From assembly GCA_031459625.1 (NCBI GenBank), contig JAVKIH010000028.1, positions 15,519 to 31,964 of the forward strand: 16,446 nt of DNA. Direction: 5' to 3'. The translations under genes were made by a program, and so were the position numbers. Below, piece after piece: positions 15,399 through 16,446 of this stretch. Source of the stretch: Candidatus Geohabitans tengchongensis (GTDB lineage: Bacteria > Sysuimicrobiota > Sysuimicrobiia > Sysuimicrobiales > Humicultoraceae). Below the pieces are notes generated by a model, which was not told where the DNA came from, ran no database searches, and saw nothing but the letters and a program-made list of their open reading frames with translations. Position 1 is the first letter of the stretch, and the number at the start of each line of letters is the position of its first letter.

Positions 15399-16283
15399 AT
15401 GCCTCCGGCCGAACGGCACCCCGCCGTCCCACAGCCGCAAACCGCCGCAGACCTCACGTACGGCGCGTACCTGGCGGTGGACGAACTCCTGCGTCTCCAA
15501 CGCCCCCTCTCCGAGGCCCACGACGAGCTCGAGTTCATCGTCGTCCACCAGGTCTTCGAGCTGTGGTTCCGGCTCCTCCTCCACGAACTGGAAACCGTCC
15601 GGGACACCCTGGACCGCGACGACGTGAGGGCCGCCCGCGCGCTCCTGCTCCGGTGCAGCGAGATCGTCACCAGCCTCGTCGCCACCCTGCCGCTGCTCGA
15701 GACGATGCGGCCGTCGGGCTTTCTGGAATTCCGGGCCCGGCTGGGGGGCGCGAGTGGCCTTCAGAGCCGGCAGTTTCGCGAGATCGAGTTCCTCTCCGGC
15801 CTGCGGGATCCGCGCTACCTGCGGCTCTTCGACCGGGACCCGGAGAACCGTGCCGTCCTCGAGCGCCGTCTGCGCGAGCCGACGGTCTGGGACGCGGCCC
15901 TGGGGGTCTTCGCCCGTCGGGGGCTGCCCACCCAGCCGGAGGGCCGCCTGGTGGACGCGCTGGCCGCCACGCACGGGCGGCCGGAATGGCGGGACCTCGA
16001 CGACCTCGTCGACGCCCTGCTGGAGTACGACTCCCGTTTCGCCCTGTGGCGCTACCGCCACCTCCTCATGGTCGAGCGGCTGATCGGCGGGCGGGCAGGC
16101 ACAGGCGAAGCGGACGTCCGGGCTCTTGAGGCGGAAAAGCCATCGCCTGCTGCGCCGGAGGCGGCTCCCCTCCCGGCAACGCCGGGGGCAGCCTACCCGT
16201 CGGGTGCCGCCTACCTGCAGCGCACCCTGCCCAAGCGTTTCTTCCAGCTCCTCTGGCAGTCGCGCACGCGGATCGGTACCTGA
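15399..16283 (+). CDS. kynA: tryptophan 2,3-dioxygenase family protein
   Basis: LTYGAYL..DELL.LQ, HDEL.FIVVHQ..ELWF, FR..LG.ASG.QS.QFREIEF, WRYRH..MVER.IG...GTG...SG..YL. Start ATG 15399 preferred; 15270 and 15276 are possible. Confidence 0.9.
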   Translation: MPPAERHPAVPQPQTAADLTYGAYLAVDELLRLQRPLSEAHDELEFIVVHQVFELWFRLLLHELETVRDTLDRDDVRAARALLLRCSEIVTSLVATLPLLETMRPSGFLEFRARLGGASGLQSRQFREIEFLSGLRDPRYLRLFDRDPENRAVLERRLREPTVWDAALGVFARRGLPTQPEGRLVDALAATHGRPEWRDLDDLVDALLEYDSRFALWRYRHLLMVERLIGGRAGTGEADVRALEAEKPSPAAPEAAPLPATPGAAYPSGAAYLQRTLPKRFFQLLWQSRTRIGT

Positions 16284-16416
16284 GGGCCCAGATCGCCGTC
16301 CATGGCCGCCGACCGCCTCTCCTGGCGTAGCGCCGCGGCCGCCCCCTCAGGTGTCCGAGAGATCATGGAACCGGCGCGGACGCTGCCCGACGGGCATCAG
16401 GGCATGGTGGGCAGGG

Positions 16417-16446
16417 TCAGCGCAGGGTGCGGACGACCGTCTCCAT
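16417..16446 (-). CDS. possible 3' end of a gene entering from beyond the window
   Basis: Minus frame reads ...METVVRTLR-TGA with GC3-rich codons; too short to identify. Confidence 0.25.
   Translation of the reverse strand: METVVRTLR

Overview
Very GC-rich bacterial chromosomal window, mostly housekeeping genes. No integrase, transposase or CRISPR array is visible. Minus strand, in transcription order: CoA-type Nudix hydrolase, MerR/HspR-like regulator, cysteine desulfurase, then the start of a complex I operon (nuoA-B-C-D-E and the first codons of a probable nuoF). Divergent from these on the plus strand is a divergent thyA followed by folA. Next come a minus-strand ABC-2 exporter (ATPase plus two permeases), a GAF/fRMsr protein, a Fet4-like membrane protein, two hypotheticals, exoD (+), a PGI-family isomerase (-), tRNA-Phe(GAA) (-) and tryptophan 2,3-dioxygenase (+). 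The most interesting region is the ~345-bp Nudix/thyA intergenic stretch. It holds a tandem pair of NrdR-box-like palindromes 32 bp apart, an unassigned ~113-nt multi-stem RNA-like structure and a hairpin with an alternative pairing, all ahead of an atypical ThyA/DHFR pair. Other oddities are an apparent ACG start codon on the ABC ATPase, a 3x22-bp repeat at a permease start, G37 in tRNA-Phe, and a 31-aa segment replacing part of the TDO GTGGS substrate loop. All calls were made by eye; no searches were run.
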